NCBI GenBank assembly: GCA_964519305.1
Contig: CAZFHY010000001.1
Span: 410,132 to 474,131 of the forward strand
Length of the DNA: 64,000 nt
Origin: Candidatus Undinarchaeota archaeon
GTDB taxonomy: Archaea; SpSt-1190; JASMDC01
Direction: 5' to 3'
The notes below the pieces were generated by a model that had not been told where the DNA came from, did no database searches, and saw nothing but the letters and a program-made list of their open reading frames with translations. The translations under genes were made by a program, and so were the position numbers. The stretch's first letter is position 1, and each line of letters opens with the position of its first letter. Shown one piece after another: positions 46,372 through 55,769 of this stretch.

Positions 46372-49300
46372 GTGAAATCCAGATATGTTATCTTGGCCGT
46401 TATGGCAGTGGTGTTAATGAGTGCCGTCCCCGTGAGCTCGGAAGAGGGCGGAGAGCTCGTGTGGTGCATCCACGAGTACGAACCCGACGACGAGTTCGCG
46501 AAGTGTAGCAACATCGAGGATGCGGCCACCCTTATGCCGGGAGAGTGCGGGATGCTCAGCATCATGAAGGGAGACTACTTGGAGGACAACGACGATTACA
46601 GCTGGAAGGCATGCTCCTACCTCTTCAATCTGGGGGAACAGGCCTATGTGGGTCAGGTGTGCGTCGCAAAAGGCTGGATGGCCAACAGCCCGACCCGCGA
46701 GGAGCTCAATCTACCGCCCTGCGAGGAAAATCCCCCAGTCGAGGGCTCACCCTTGATCCAAGAAGGGATGATCCCCGGTCTCAAGAAACCGAAGTTCGAG
46801 TCCGAGGCCGAAGTGGACGAGCTCAACGTCTCGCTCCTCGACTGCCCCGAGCAAGGGGGGGTTGACGCGGCCAACTACGAGAACATGGCCGAGTACGTCG
46901 ACGCGACAATCCTCTACTATGAGAACTTCCTCAAGTTCTTCAAGGAGCTCAACAACGATTTCCAAATCGTATATTCCGCTGTCAAGAAGCAATGCTCAAT
47001 ATGCGAGAGCAGCGTCGAGTCGTTCAACGAGAAATACGCCGTCTGTGGTATGCCCGAGCAGAAGATGGAGGACCTTCCCGCCCCCACTATCTGCTGGAAC
47101 GTGGCCAAGCCATTCTGTGAGCGGGGCTCCGTCTGCAACGAGGGGAGCGGAGGCCAAGCAGGGATGGTGAAGATGTGCAAGATGTGCGAGGCCATCCCGT
47201 GCAACTACGGAAAGGAGTGCGAGAAGGGTGTACCCGGACCCGACGGAGAGTGCTGGTCCAATGAGAACTTCTGCGGGACCGATGACACTATCGGCTCACC
47301 AGGCGACGACTTCGGAGCAGCTGGATGCAACCCGAAGCCCGATCCCTCCACAGTGGACATGGGCGGGTGCTGCATGGAGGCCATGGTCATCTGTCAGGCC
47401 AAGTACGGTGCCTACCTCGAGGCCTGGGGCGAGTGGAACGAGGAGCAGGAGGAGAACCCCACCCCTGATGAGGAACCTCAGGAACCTTTGTGCACGGACA
47501 TCTACCAGTACAAGGACGAAGCGTGCTTCCAGGATAGCCCCTCCCACATAATCGCGGAAGCGTGGCGGACCCTTGTGACCGAGAAGTCCAAGCGGGCCGT
47601 TGTCGCCCCCATTGGTGTGCGGGAGTGCGAGAAGAAGCTCGCCGACCTACGCGACATCTGCGAGATGGACAAGGACCAGATCGCCTGTGATGTCGAGAAG
47701 GACATGAAGAAGACCCTCAAGTACCTCAAGAACCTCCTCACCCAGATGCCCAAGGCCATCGGTGAGCTCAAGAAGGTGAAGTCCAAGTTCCAGACATCCA
47801 TCAATCAGGGTGCGTCCTACGTCGAGATCAAGAAGAACATGGACACGCTGGTCGCCATCATGGAGAACATCGACAAGCTCGAGAAGAGCGGCGACGAGGA
47901 GGAACTGGACACCGATAAGTTCCAGAAGCTGCTCACCAAGCTGGTCAAGTTCTTCCAGACGAGCGAGTTCTACACCGACCTCACCAAGAAGCACTCCTGG
48001 AACGCGGTGGCCTGCAAGCTCGATGCCGCAGGGTGCGATCTCGCATTCCCGGGAGGAACACCTAAGGAGATGAAGCACAAAGGCGATGGCTGCGACAAAT
48101 GGGGCGCGTTCTGTAGCAAGTGGAACGTGATCCCCGGTGGTGGCGGTCAGTCAGGTGACGAACAGAGCTTTGCTATGACGTCCATGATGATGAGCGGTAG
48201 CGGCGAGGGAGCTCCCATCCTAGGGTGCGGCGGGTACCGCGGTGGATGCCACCACGTCCCCCAGATGTTCCACTGGAAGGACCAGAACATGGACGAGTGG
48301 GGCGAGGTCCATATGGAAGCGCTCCAGGAGTTCCGTGAGCTCGACCTCCGGGACATGTTCGTCGATTCGGGAGAGTGCTTCCGTCACAAGATCCCTACTG
48401 TATCGCTGTGCGAGGACATCTGCAAGTCGTGCCATGGCACGTCCATTGCACACTGTCATGCCCAGCTGGGTCTGTGCGTTTGCCGGCTGGGTACCGAGTG
48501 GAAGACCACCGCGTACGAATGTCAGGAGCCCATCCACAACGACACGGACAAAGCGCAGTTCCAGGCATGCTGCGAGGCAATGTACGCCGATGTGAGCGCG
48601 CCCACGGCTGGTACGGGGATACCTCACGTCGTATACAGGCCCGGCGGCGGTACCGCTAATCGCCAGTGCGTGGTGGGGATGGACAAGAACTGCCTCTTCG
48701 ACAAGGAACTCTGCCCTACACCGGACCACGTCCTCAACGCAGGCCCCCTCTACGACTACTGTCAGACCAGCACATCAGAGACTGGCCTGTGCTGCAAGTT
48801 CGGGTTCGAGGAAAAACCTATCACCTACTCCTGCGCTGAGAGCGCGTCCTGTCGCAAAGGGTGTCAGGAGAAGTTCAGGGGGAACCCGCTACGTGTCGAC
48901 GAGTGCACTGCCCGGTGCATGGCGGCCGAGGTATCATGCGAGCAGCAGTGCCTGACACAATCCCTGGACATCCGTGAGGAGCGGAGGTGTATCTACGAGT
49001 GCTGGAAGCAGGAGCAGGAGGAGATGCCCGAGTACACGTTCGATTGCATCCGCAACTGTCGGCCTGACCAGAAGGACGAAAAAGTACAGGAGGTATGCCA
49101 GCGCATCTGCAAGGCGCTCGCACCGGAGCTCGATGTGCAACTATCAGCGCTACGCGGGGAGAGCGATGTCCAGGCATTCTATGCAGGTGAGGACATCCGG
49201 TTCAAGGCAGCTGTTGACAACAAGGGCTTCCTACCGTTCCGCGGACGGGCCGAGGTGAAGCTCAGGCTCTTCGATTCGTGCGACTGCCCGCCCTGCCCCG

Positions 49301-50526
49301 AGGGGGCAGTGTGCGAGTGTGCGTGCGATGACCAGTTCAGCGCCATCCTGGCAACGATCCCTGTTCCCTTGGTGGAACCAGGGGAGTCCTCGGTCCTACT
49401 CTCGGATCCCAAGGCAGTGGACGCGGGGCTCGCGGGCAAGACAGTCCAGCCCGTGATGGAGCTCTATGATGAGGACAACCGGTTGATACGCTCCGCACAA
49501 GGACCCATCTCGAAGGTCCTCGAGATGGGGAAAGTGGCCATACAGGACGCTTGGTTCGTCGTGGACGGCGAGCGTGACACGAAGGCCTATGCCGGCTCGA
49601 GGATCAAGGGAGCTATCAACGTAAAAGCCATCCTCTTCCCCATTACTGTATACGTATCCATGGTGGACGCGGACGGGAACGAGATCGAGGGCTCACGTAG
49701 CTCTATCGAGATCGAGGACGTGCTCGACGGTAGCCAGCTCGAGACGCTGGAGATCGAGACTCCCGCCCGGTACGTCGGGTTCGTGCTGCGTCTCCGTGTC
49801 GAGGCCATGGACGAGGACAATACGACCCTCCTCGCCGAGACCCTCACCGAACAGGGGCTCGCTTCCGACGCCTGTGCAGGCGACGTGATGACCGCATGGT
49901 GTCAGAAGGAGACCGTGGACTTCCGCATGGACTACCCCGACGCTTACCTCGAGATCCGCCGGCCTGAGCTGAAGCTCAATGAGGCGGTGTTCGAGACCAA
50001 GGACGGACTGTCATCGGCGGTCATGTACGAGGCGACCGAGGTGCGTGCCTCCATCAAGCTGTCGGACATCGCCACCATACCCTTCGAAGGGATGGTGACC
50101 ATCTCCGCTCTGGACTCTTGGTCCGTGGAGGTCGAGGGAAGCTCTCGACAGGTTGACATAACCCTCGCTGGCAAGCAGGATACTACGGCATGGTCGGAGT
50201 ACTTCACCGCAGAGCCCGGGAACACCTACGTGATCATGGTCCGGGCCACGGACCACCAGGGCCGGGAGTGGGCCATCGTTCCCACGTCTTCAGGCCTGGT
50301 GAATCCTGAGCTCTTCCCCCTTGCCCGGCTGGAGGCGAAGGAGAAGACTCTGGTACAGGGCGAGGCGACGTACATCTACTCGTCCATCAGCTACTCGGAC
50401 TGCAACATCCAGGTCGCGTGCGAGGAATGCCTGCCTACGTGCACCCTCTGGCTCCACCGTAAGTCGTGCACGATCAAATCTGATCCTGGCACCTGTGCCT
50501 GCGAGTGTATCAGCTCGGCCACATAG
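46372..50526 (+). CDS. Giant secreted Cys-rich protein, paralogue 1
   Basis: AGGTGAT RBS + GTG 46372, signal peptide, ~80 Cys by manual count, helical/coiled segments, three Ig/CARDB-like domains and no C-terminal TM. TATA at 46298-46305. Confidence 0.85.
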   Translation: MKSRYVILAVMAVVLMSAVPVSSEEGGELVWCIHEYEPDDEFAKCSNIEDAATLMPGECGMLSIMKGDYLEDNDDYSWKACSYLFNLGEQAYVGQVCVAKGWMANSPTREELNLPPCEENPPVEGSPLIQEGMIPGLKKPKFESEAEVDELNVSLLDCPEQGGVDAANYENMAEYVDATILYYENFLKFFKELNNDFQIVYSAVKKQCSICESSVESFNEKYAVCGMPEQKMEDLPAPTICWNVAKPFCERGSVCNEGSGGQAGMVKMCKMCEAIPCNYGKECEKGVPGPDGECWSNENFCGTDDTIGSPGDDFGAAGCNPKPDPSTVDMGGCCMEAMVICQAKYGAYLEAWGEWNEEQEENPTPDEEPQEPLCTDIYQYKDEACFQDSPSHIIAEAWRTLVTEKSKRAVVAPIGVRECEKKLADLRDICEMDKDQIACDVEKDMKKTLKYLKNLLTQMPKAIGELKKVKSKFQTSINQGASYVEIKKNMDTLVAIMENIDKLEKSGDEEELDTDKFQKLLTKLVKFFQTSEFYTDLTKKHSWNAVACKLDAAGCDLAFPGGTPKEMKHKGDGCDKWGAFCSKWNVIPGGGGQSGDEQSFAMTSMMMSGSGEGAPILGCGGYRGGCHHVPQMFHWKDQNMDEWGEVHMEALQEFRELDLRDMFVDSGECFRHKIPTVSLCEDICKSCHGTSIAHCHAQLGLCVCRLGTEWKTTAYECQEPIHNDTDKAQFQACCEAMYADVSAPTAGTGIPHVVYRPGGGTANRQCVVGMDKNCLFDKELCPTPDHVLNAGPLYDYCQTSTSETGLCCKFGFEEKPITYSCAESASCRKGCQEKFRGNPLRVDECTARCMAAEVSCEQQCLTQSLDIREERRCIYECWKQEQEEMPEYTFDCIRNCRPDQKDEKVQEVCQRICKALAPELDVQLSALRGESDVQAFYAGEDIRFKAAVDNKGFLPFRGRAEVKLRLFDSCDCPPCPEGAVCECACDDQFSAILATIPVPLVEPGESSVLLSDPKAVDAGLAGKTVQPVMELYDEDNRLIRSAQGPISKVLEMGKVAIQDAWFVVDGERDTKAYAGSRIKGAINVKAILFPITVYVSMVDADGNEIEGSRSSIEIEDVLDGSQLETLEIETPARYVGFVLRLRVEAMDEDNTTLLAETLTEQGLASDACAGDVMTAWCQKETVDFRMDYPDAYLEIRRPELKLNEAVFETKDGLSSAVMYEATEVRASIKLSDIATIPFEGMVTISALDSWSVEVEGSSRQVDITLAGKQDTTAWSEYFTAEPGNTYVIMVRATDHQGREWAIVPTSSGLVNPELFPLARLEAKEKTLVQGEATYIYSSISYSDCNIQVACEECLPTCTLWLHRKSCTIKSDPGTCACECISSAT

Positions 50527-50632
50527 GCCGTAGCATCGGAAGGTAATGCATGACAGGGCGGACATACCGGTGGCGCTGACCAGGAAACTTGGGAAGGGAG
50601 GGGGGCCTGGCCACCCCCCGGCACGTGCTACA

Positions 50633-53600
50633 ATGCTCACCACCACGCTCGTCCTCCTGGCTCTCCTGTCAATGAATCTCGCCCTGGCACCCTCTGCTTG
50701 CTCCCCGAAGCTGGAGCCGGGCATGGAGACCTGGTGCATCATGGAGACCGAGGGTGCGTCCGACGATTGTGAGTTGGAGGAAAGCTCTCCAGGAATGTTC
50801 TTCCAGTGCCGGGGCTCGGTGGGCCTCTACGACGGAGACAACGCTTGCTGGGAATCGGGCGAGGATTGTCTACCGGGCGAGGACTGTGAATGCGAGGACG
50901 AGTTCTCCGATGACGAGGCCGCTTGTGACTCCATCGCCATCTCAGGCCACAGCGTGGGCCACTGCGGTCCCCTGAGCATCGGTGGGGGCGACGGCGGCGG
51001 TGCGGACGAACAGTGCCGCCAGTCCTTCAAGATGAAGATCTGCACCTGGCAGTGCGCTTTCGGGGGCGACGGGTACGTGGGCGCGGTGTGCGTTGACAAG
51101 GGATATGGCGAGGCCAACGGCGGACCACGCCCCGACCTCAACCTCCGTCCCTGCGAGGAGAACCCCCTCACGGAGGGTGAACCGTACATCTGCAACACCA
51201 TGATCCCGGGACTCGGGAAGCCGGAGTATACCGGATACGAGCCCGATGAGCTCAACGTGAGCCTGCTCGACTGTCCCGAGGACGTGAGCAAGATCGCTGC
51301 TAACTACGAGAGCATGGCCGACTTCGTCGAGACCTCTATCGTCTATTACGAGAACTTCAAGAAGTTCTACACATCGCTGGAGAAGGACCTGCGCAACATC
51401 TACAACGCTGCGAAGAAGCAGTGCACTCTGTGCGAGAGCTCCATCGAGGAGTTCAACGACAAGTACGGTGGATGCGCGCTCGAGGTGGAGATCGGTGACC
51501 TCCCCTCGCCCAGCTCATGCTTCCAAACGTCCAAGTTCGCCTGCATGGACAAGGAGAAGTGCGTCGAGGGCAACAACGGGATGTCCATGTGTCAGTCGCT
51601 GTGCGATCCCTACCCGTGTAACTACGGGGACAACTGTGACACTCACGGTGTGCCCCGAAAGCCCGTGGGCGAGAAGCACGAGTGCTGGCACAACGACTAC
51701 TTCTGCGGTGACAACAAGGCCATCGGGCACAAGGACGACCATGGCGGCTTCAAGGGGTGCGACACTGGACGCGATACCGTCAATCCAAAGGGACAGATAT
51801 GCTGCTGCGTGCGGCCGTGCATCAACGAGGAGTTCGATCCCTACGGTTACATGAACGCGGGCTGCTACAGGCCTAACCACATCATCGCCGAGGCCTGGCG
51901 CTCACTGGAGACCAAGAAGGCCAAGAACAGCCGGCCGTCACCGCGCAAGATACGTAACTGTGCACACGAACTTGCCGACCTCCACGACGTGTGCGAGCTG
52001 GATGAGGTGAACGGGACACGCCTCAAGGACTACAATCCCGGGGACTACGCCTGGCCTCCGCCCCCAACCGAAGGGCACCACTGCGTCCACTCGCCCATCG
52101 ACTTCGCGGCGTTCCGCCCGCCGGCGTCCCAGGCAGAGGAGGACGAGAAGAGCTACAGAACGCCCTGCGAGGTGGAGTACCAGCTGGAGCGCATCCTCGA
52201 CTACCTTGGGCATATGCTCAAGGAGCTGCCCAAGATGATCGGCCAACTAGAGGCCGTCAGGGCCAAGTACCAGCTAAACGTTGAGCAGGGTGCGACCTAC
52301 ACCCATGTCCAGGATCACTTGGAAGAGCTGGCCGCCATCGCCCTGAGGATCGACAAGTTCGAGGCGGAGGATGGAAAGCCCGACCGTATCCGCAGTTCTG
52401 ACGAGTTCCAGGAGGAGACCACCGACATGCTCCTCTTCCTCCAGAACGACAAGCTCTTGGCCGACCTCACCACGTTCCGTCATAATTTCCCTTCCGAGGT
52501 CAGTAAGTTCTGCTCCGACGTGGAGATCCAGGACATCCACTTCCCGCCGGGCACGAACCCGCACCTGAAGTACAAGTCGGAAGAGGAGCCACCGAACGCC
52601 GATCCGCACCGCCAGTGGGCGATATTCTGTCGTAACTACAACGTCAAGGAGTGCGGGAAACGGCCCGAGGACAAAGAGCCCGGCGGCATGCCCCCGCTCC
52701 CCCAGCCAAAGCCGCCCGTCCCCGGGTGCGGAGGTTACCGTGGAGGGTGCGCTCCTCACGAACCGGCCATCGCCAACATCAAGGACATCAACATGGACGA
52801 GTGGGCCGAGGAGCATCTGGATACACTCGAGATCATCCGGGAGACCGATGTAGAGGACGTGTTCGTGGACACCCTTAGCTGCCTCGTCCATAAGATACCA
52901 AAGGTCTCGCTGTGCGAGGACGTGTGCAAGAAGTGCTATGGCACGACCATGGCGCACTGTCATGCCCAGCTCGAACTGTGCGTGTGCCGGCTGGGCACCG
53001 AGTGGAGGACGACCGCGTACGAGTGCGCTGATCCCACTCTCAATGACACCGACCGGGCGAGCATCCATGCCTGCTGCGAGGGGATGTTCGCAGACGTGTA
53101 CGAGCCCGGACCACGGTCACCTATCCCTTGGTCGGCCACGCGTGCCCTGTGCGGTGAGGGTGTGGAGGGCGACTGTCCGTTCAATCCCGAGCTGTGCGAG
53201 TCACCATCGCATGCCCTGAGCGGTGGACCGCTCTTCGACCGCTGTCAGACCGCGCGCTCCCCCATTGGGCTGTGCTGCCGGTACGGATTCGATGAACGAC
53301 CTGTAACGCTGAGGTGCATGGGCAGCTCCTCGTGCCGGACCGCATGCCATCGCCTGTTCGGTAGCAACCGCGAACGCACGGACGCGTGCACGCGTCGGTG
53401 CATGGGTGCCAAGGTGGCGTGCGAGCGGACCTGTGTCACTCAGTTCCCTGAGACCAAAGAGGCACGTGCCTGTGTCGATGACTGCTGGGAAGGAGAGGGG
53501 GAACGGGATTGGCCTGACACGACGTTCGAGTGCATCCTCAGTTGTCCGCGCGACGAGCGGGACACGGGGATTTGGGACATCTGTGCGCGCATGTGCAAGG

Positions 53601-55012
53601 CACTGACACCCGAGCTGACGGTGAGTTTAGCTACACTCCGTGGCCAGAGCGAGGTCCAGGCGCTCTATGGAGGTGAGAACGTGCGTTTCCGGGCGGATGT
53701 GGCCAACTCCGGATTCCTTCCATTCTACGGTCGGTCCGAGGTCAAGCTCCGGCTCTTCGATGCCTGCGACTGCCCATTCTGCCCGGAGGACGCCGTGTGC
53801 GAGTGCTCCTGCGAGGACCTGTTCTCCGCCATCATGGCCACAATCCCAGTCTCCTCCGTGGATCCTAACACCGATGTCACGCTACTCTCGAACCTGAAAG
53901 AGATGGACGAGGATCTGGTCGGTAAGACGGTGCAGCCGGTGCTCGAGGTGTACGACGAGCAGGGGAGGGCCATTGCCACGGCCATGGGTTCCATCTCGAA
54001 GGTGCTACCCATGGGCACTGTGGCCGTCCAGGACGCTTGGTTCACAGTGGACGGTGAACGAGCTACCAAGGCACATGCCGGTACCCGTGTCAAGGGGACC
54101 GTTACTGTGAAGTCCGCCCTCTTCCCACTTACAGTGTCCGTCTCCATGGTGGACTCAGAAGGACAAGAGGTCCCTGGATCACTGGCGTCGATCATGGTGA
54201 TGGACGTGCTCGAGGGCAGCCTGCTAGAGACGCGGGAGGTGGATACACCCGCAGAGTACGTCGGATTCGTGCTCCGACTCCGGGTGGAGGCCATGGACGA
54301 GAACAACGTGACGGTGTTCGATCAGGTCCTCCCTGAACAGGGCCTGCCCTCCGAATCCTGTTCCGGTGAGGTCATGACCTTCTGGTGTCTTGAGGACGCG
54401 CTCGAGTTCCGTATGGACTACCCCCAAGCGTATCTCGAGGTCACGCGGCCTGTGCTCAAGGTCTCCGAGGCAGGGTTCGAGACCGACGGGGGGCTCACTT
54501 CGGCGGTGTTCTATGAGACCACCCGTGTCCATGCCACCGTGGACCTGTCCGATATCGCGACAGTGCCCTTCGAGGGGATGGTGTCCGTCGCAGTAATCGA
54601 TGCCTGGTCACTGGCGGTCGAAGGGAGCAATGCCGACACACAGGTCGCTATCTGGGGTGAGGGATCAACGACCGTCATGTCCGGCCCCTTCATGGCCGAA
54701 CCGGGCAACTCCTATATGATCGTGGTGAGAGCCAGGGACGTTCACGGCCGTGAATGGGCCGTCGAACCGACGTCCCACGGTATCGTGAACGCGGACCTCT
54801 TCCCTCTCGCGCGACTCGAGGTACGGGAGCCGACTGTCGTACAGGGCGAGAGCGTGTTCATCGACCACGGCATCGACTACTCCGGCTGTATGCTCCGTGT
54901 GTCGTGCAACGACTGCCTGCCGACATGCACATTGTGGCTCGATCGGAAGAAGTGCCTCATCCGCACCGATCCCGGCTCCTGCGCCTGCGAGTGCACCGTT
55001 ACGGTCGGATAG
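50633..55012 (+). CDS. Giant secreted Cys-rich protein, paralogue 2
   Basis: Signal peptide MLTTTLVLLALLSMNLALA. Colinear with paralogue 1 (DELNVSLLDCPE, HIIAEAWR, GCGGYRGGC, LCVCRLGTEW, CLPTCTLWL). Confidence 0.85.
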   Translation: MLTTTLVLLALLSMNLALAPSACSPKLEPGMETWCIMETEGASDDCELEESSPGMFFQCRGSVGLYDGDNACWESGEDCLPGEDCECEDEFSDDEAACDSIAISGHSVGHCGPLSIGGGDGGGADEQCRQSFKMKICTWQCAFGGDGYVGAVCVDKGYGEANGGPRPDLNLRPCEENPLTEGEPYICNTMIPGLGKPEYTGYEPDELNVSLLDCPEDVSKIAANYESMADFVETSIVYYENFKKFYTSLEKDLRNIYNAAKKQCTLCESSIEEFNDKYGGCALEVEIGDLPSPSSCFQTSKFACMDKEKCVEGNNGMSMCQSLCDPYPCNYGDNCDTHGVPRKPVGEKHECWHNDYFCGDNKAIGHKDDHGGFKGCDTGRDTVNPKGQICCCVRPCINEEFDPYGYMNAGCYRPNHIIAEAWRSLETKKAKNSRPSPRKIRNCAHELADLHDVCELDEVNGTRLKDYNPGDYAWPPPPTEGHHCVHSPIDFAAFRPPASQAEEDEKSYRTPCEVEYQLERILDYLGHMLKELPKMIGQLEAVRAKYQLNVEQGATYTHVQDHLEELAAIALRIDKFEAEDGKPDRIRSSDEFQEETTDMLLFLQNDKLLADLTTFRHNFPSEVSKFCSDVEIQDIHFPPGTNPHLKYKSEEEPPNADPHRQWAIFCRNYNVKECGKRPEDKEPGGMPPLPQPKPPVPGCGGYRGGCAPHEPAIANIKDINMDEWAEEHLDTLEIIRETDVEDVFVDTLSCLVHKIPKVSLCEDVCKKCYGTTMAHCHAQLELCVCRLGTEWRTTAYECADPTLNDTDRASIHACCEGMFADVYEPGPRSPIPWSATRALCGEGVEGDCPFNPELCESPSHALSGGPLFDRCQTARSPIGLCCRYGFDERPVTLRCMGSSSCRTACHRLFGSNRERTDACTRRCMGAKVACERTCVTQFPETKEARACVDDCWEGEGERDWPDTTFECILSCPRDERDTGIWDICARMCKALTPELTVSLATLRGQSEVQALYGGENVRFRADVANSGFLPFYGRSEVKLRLFDACDCPFCPEDAVCECSCEDLFSAIMATIPVSSVDPNTDVTLLSNLKEMDEDLVGKTVQPVLEVYDEQGRAIATAMGSISKVLPMGTVAVQDAWFTVDGERATKAHAGTRVKGTVTVKSALFPLTVSVSMVDSEGQEVPGSLASIMVMDVLEGSLLETREVDTPAEYVGFVLRLRVEAMDENNVTVFDQVLPEQGLPSESCSGEVMTFWCLEDALEFRMDYPQAYLEVTRPVLKVSEAGFETDGGLTSAVFYETTRVHATVDLSDIATVPFEGMVSVAVIDAWSLAVEGSNADTQVAIWGEGSTTVMSGPFMAEPGNSYMIVVRARDVHGREWAVEPTSHGIVNADLFPLARLEVREPTVVQGESVFIDHGIDYSGCMLRVSCNDCLPTCTLWLDRKKCLIRTDPGSCACECTVTVG

Positions 55013-55081
55013 GACCGGCTGGACGCGAGCACAATCCATTTAAAAGTGGCAGGTACTAGCTCTAGAGCAAGAGTGATTATC

Positions 55082-55750
55082 ATGGGATTCCTCGACGGGA
55101 TACCGTTCTTCGGAAGAGAGAAGGAGGACCAGGTGCTGACGCTGATCCGTAAGCACATGACCGTGGCCAACAAGGCCGTGGTGGCGCTGGAAGAGTTCTT
55201 CGACGCTATAGGTGAATGCGACAAAGAGACGGCCAAGGCCAAGCTCGCCGAGATACGGAAACACGAGAACGACGCGGACACATTCGTCCACAGCATACAG
55301 GAGCTCCTGTACTCAGGCGCGTTCCTGCCCGTGTCCCGCAGCCGCATCATCGACCTCGTGGAGCGGGTGGACGACGTCGTGGACGAGGCCAAGGACGCCG
55401 CCCAGATCGCCATGCTCCTTCTGGACCGCAAGTGCGATCCCAGTATAGCCTCTATGCTCAAGCGCATGACGGAGCTTGGGAAGGACGCTACCGAGCTGCT
55501 GCTCTTCGCCTATGACGCGCTCCAGGACAGGCGCCCAGAGGACACCAAGCGCGTGATCAAGCAGATCGCGTCCAGGGAGGTGGAGGCCGACCAGCTCAAG
55601 GGGGAGCTGTACGAGAAGCTCTATGAGATCAACGATCCCATCCTACTCTTCTTGGTAGCAGGCATCGCCGACGCCACCGCCGGCCTCACCGACGCCACTG
55701 AGAACGCATGCGACGTGCTGGCGATCATGCTCATCGTCGGAACCGCCTAG
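55082..55750 (+). CDS. DUF47 PhoU-like phosphate transport regulator
   Basis: HENDAD, LYSGAFLP.SR, E.EAD and D.TENACD motifs. Upstream of PiT. Confidence 0.9.
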   Translation: MGFLDGIPFFGREKEDQVLTLIRKHMTVANKAVVALEEFFDAIGECDKETAKAKLAEIRKHENDADTFVHSIQELLYSGAFLPVSRSRIIDLVERVDDVVDEAKDAAQIAMLLLDRKCDPSIASMLKRMTELGKDATELLLFAYDALQDRRPEDTKRVIKQIASREVEADQLKGELYEKLYEINDPILLFLVAGIADATAGLTDATENACDVLAIMLIVGTA

Positions 55751-55769
55751 ACCACCTCTAAGAGCGACC

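Noticed and set aside
48421-48435. CKSCH, a CxxCH heme c motif, in giant protein 1
   Set aside because: It is a single occurrence among ~80 Cys, and the paralogue has CKKCY at the same site, so the His ligand is not conserved.
50524-50633. Stop-codon readthrough (Pyl/Sec) fusing the two giant ORFs
   Set aside because: The ORFs are in different frames and the second has its own signal peptide. A G6/C6 hairpin (50600-50619) lies between them.
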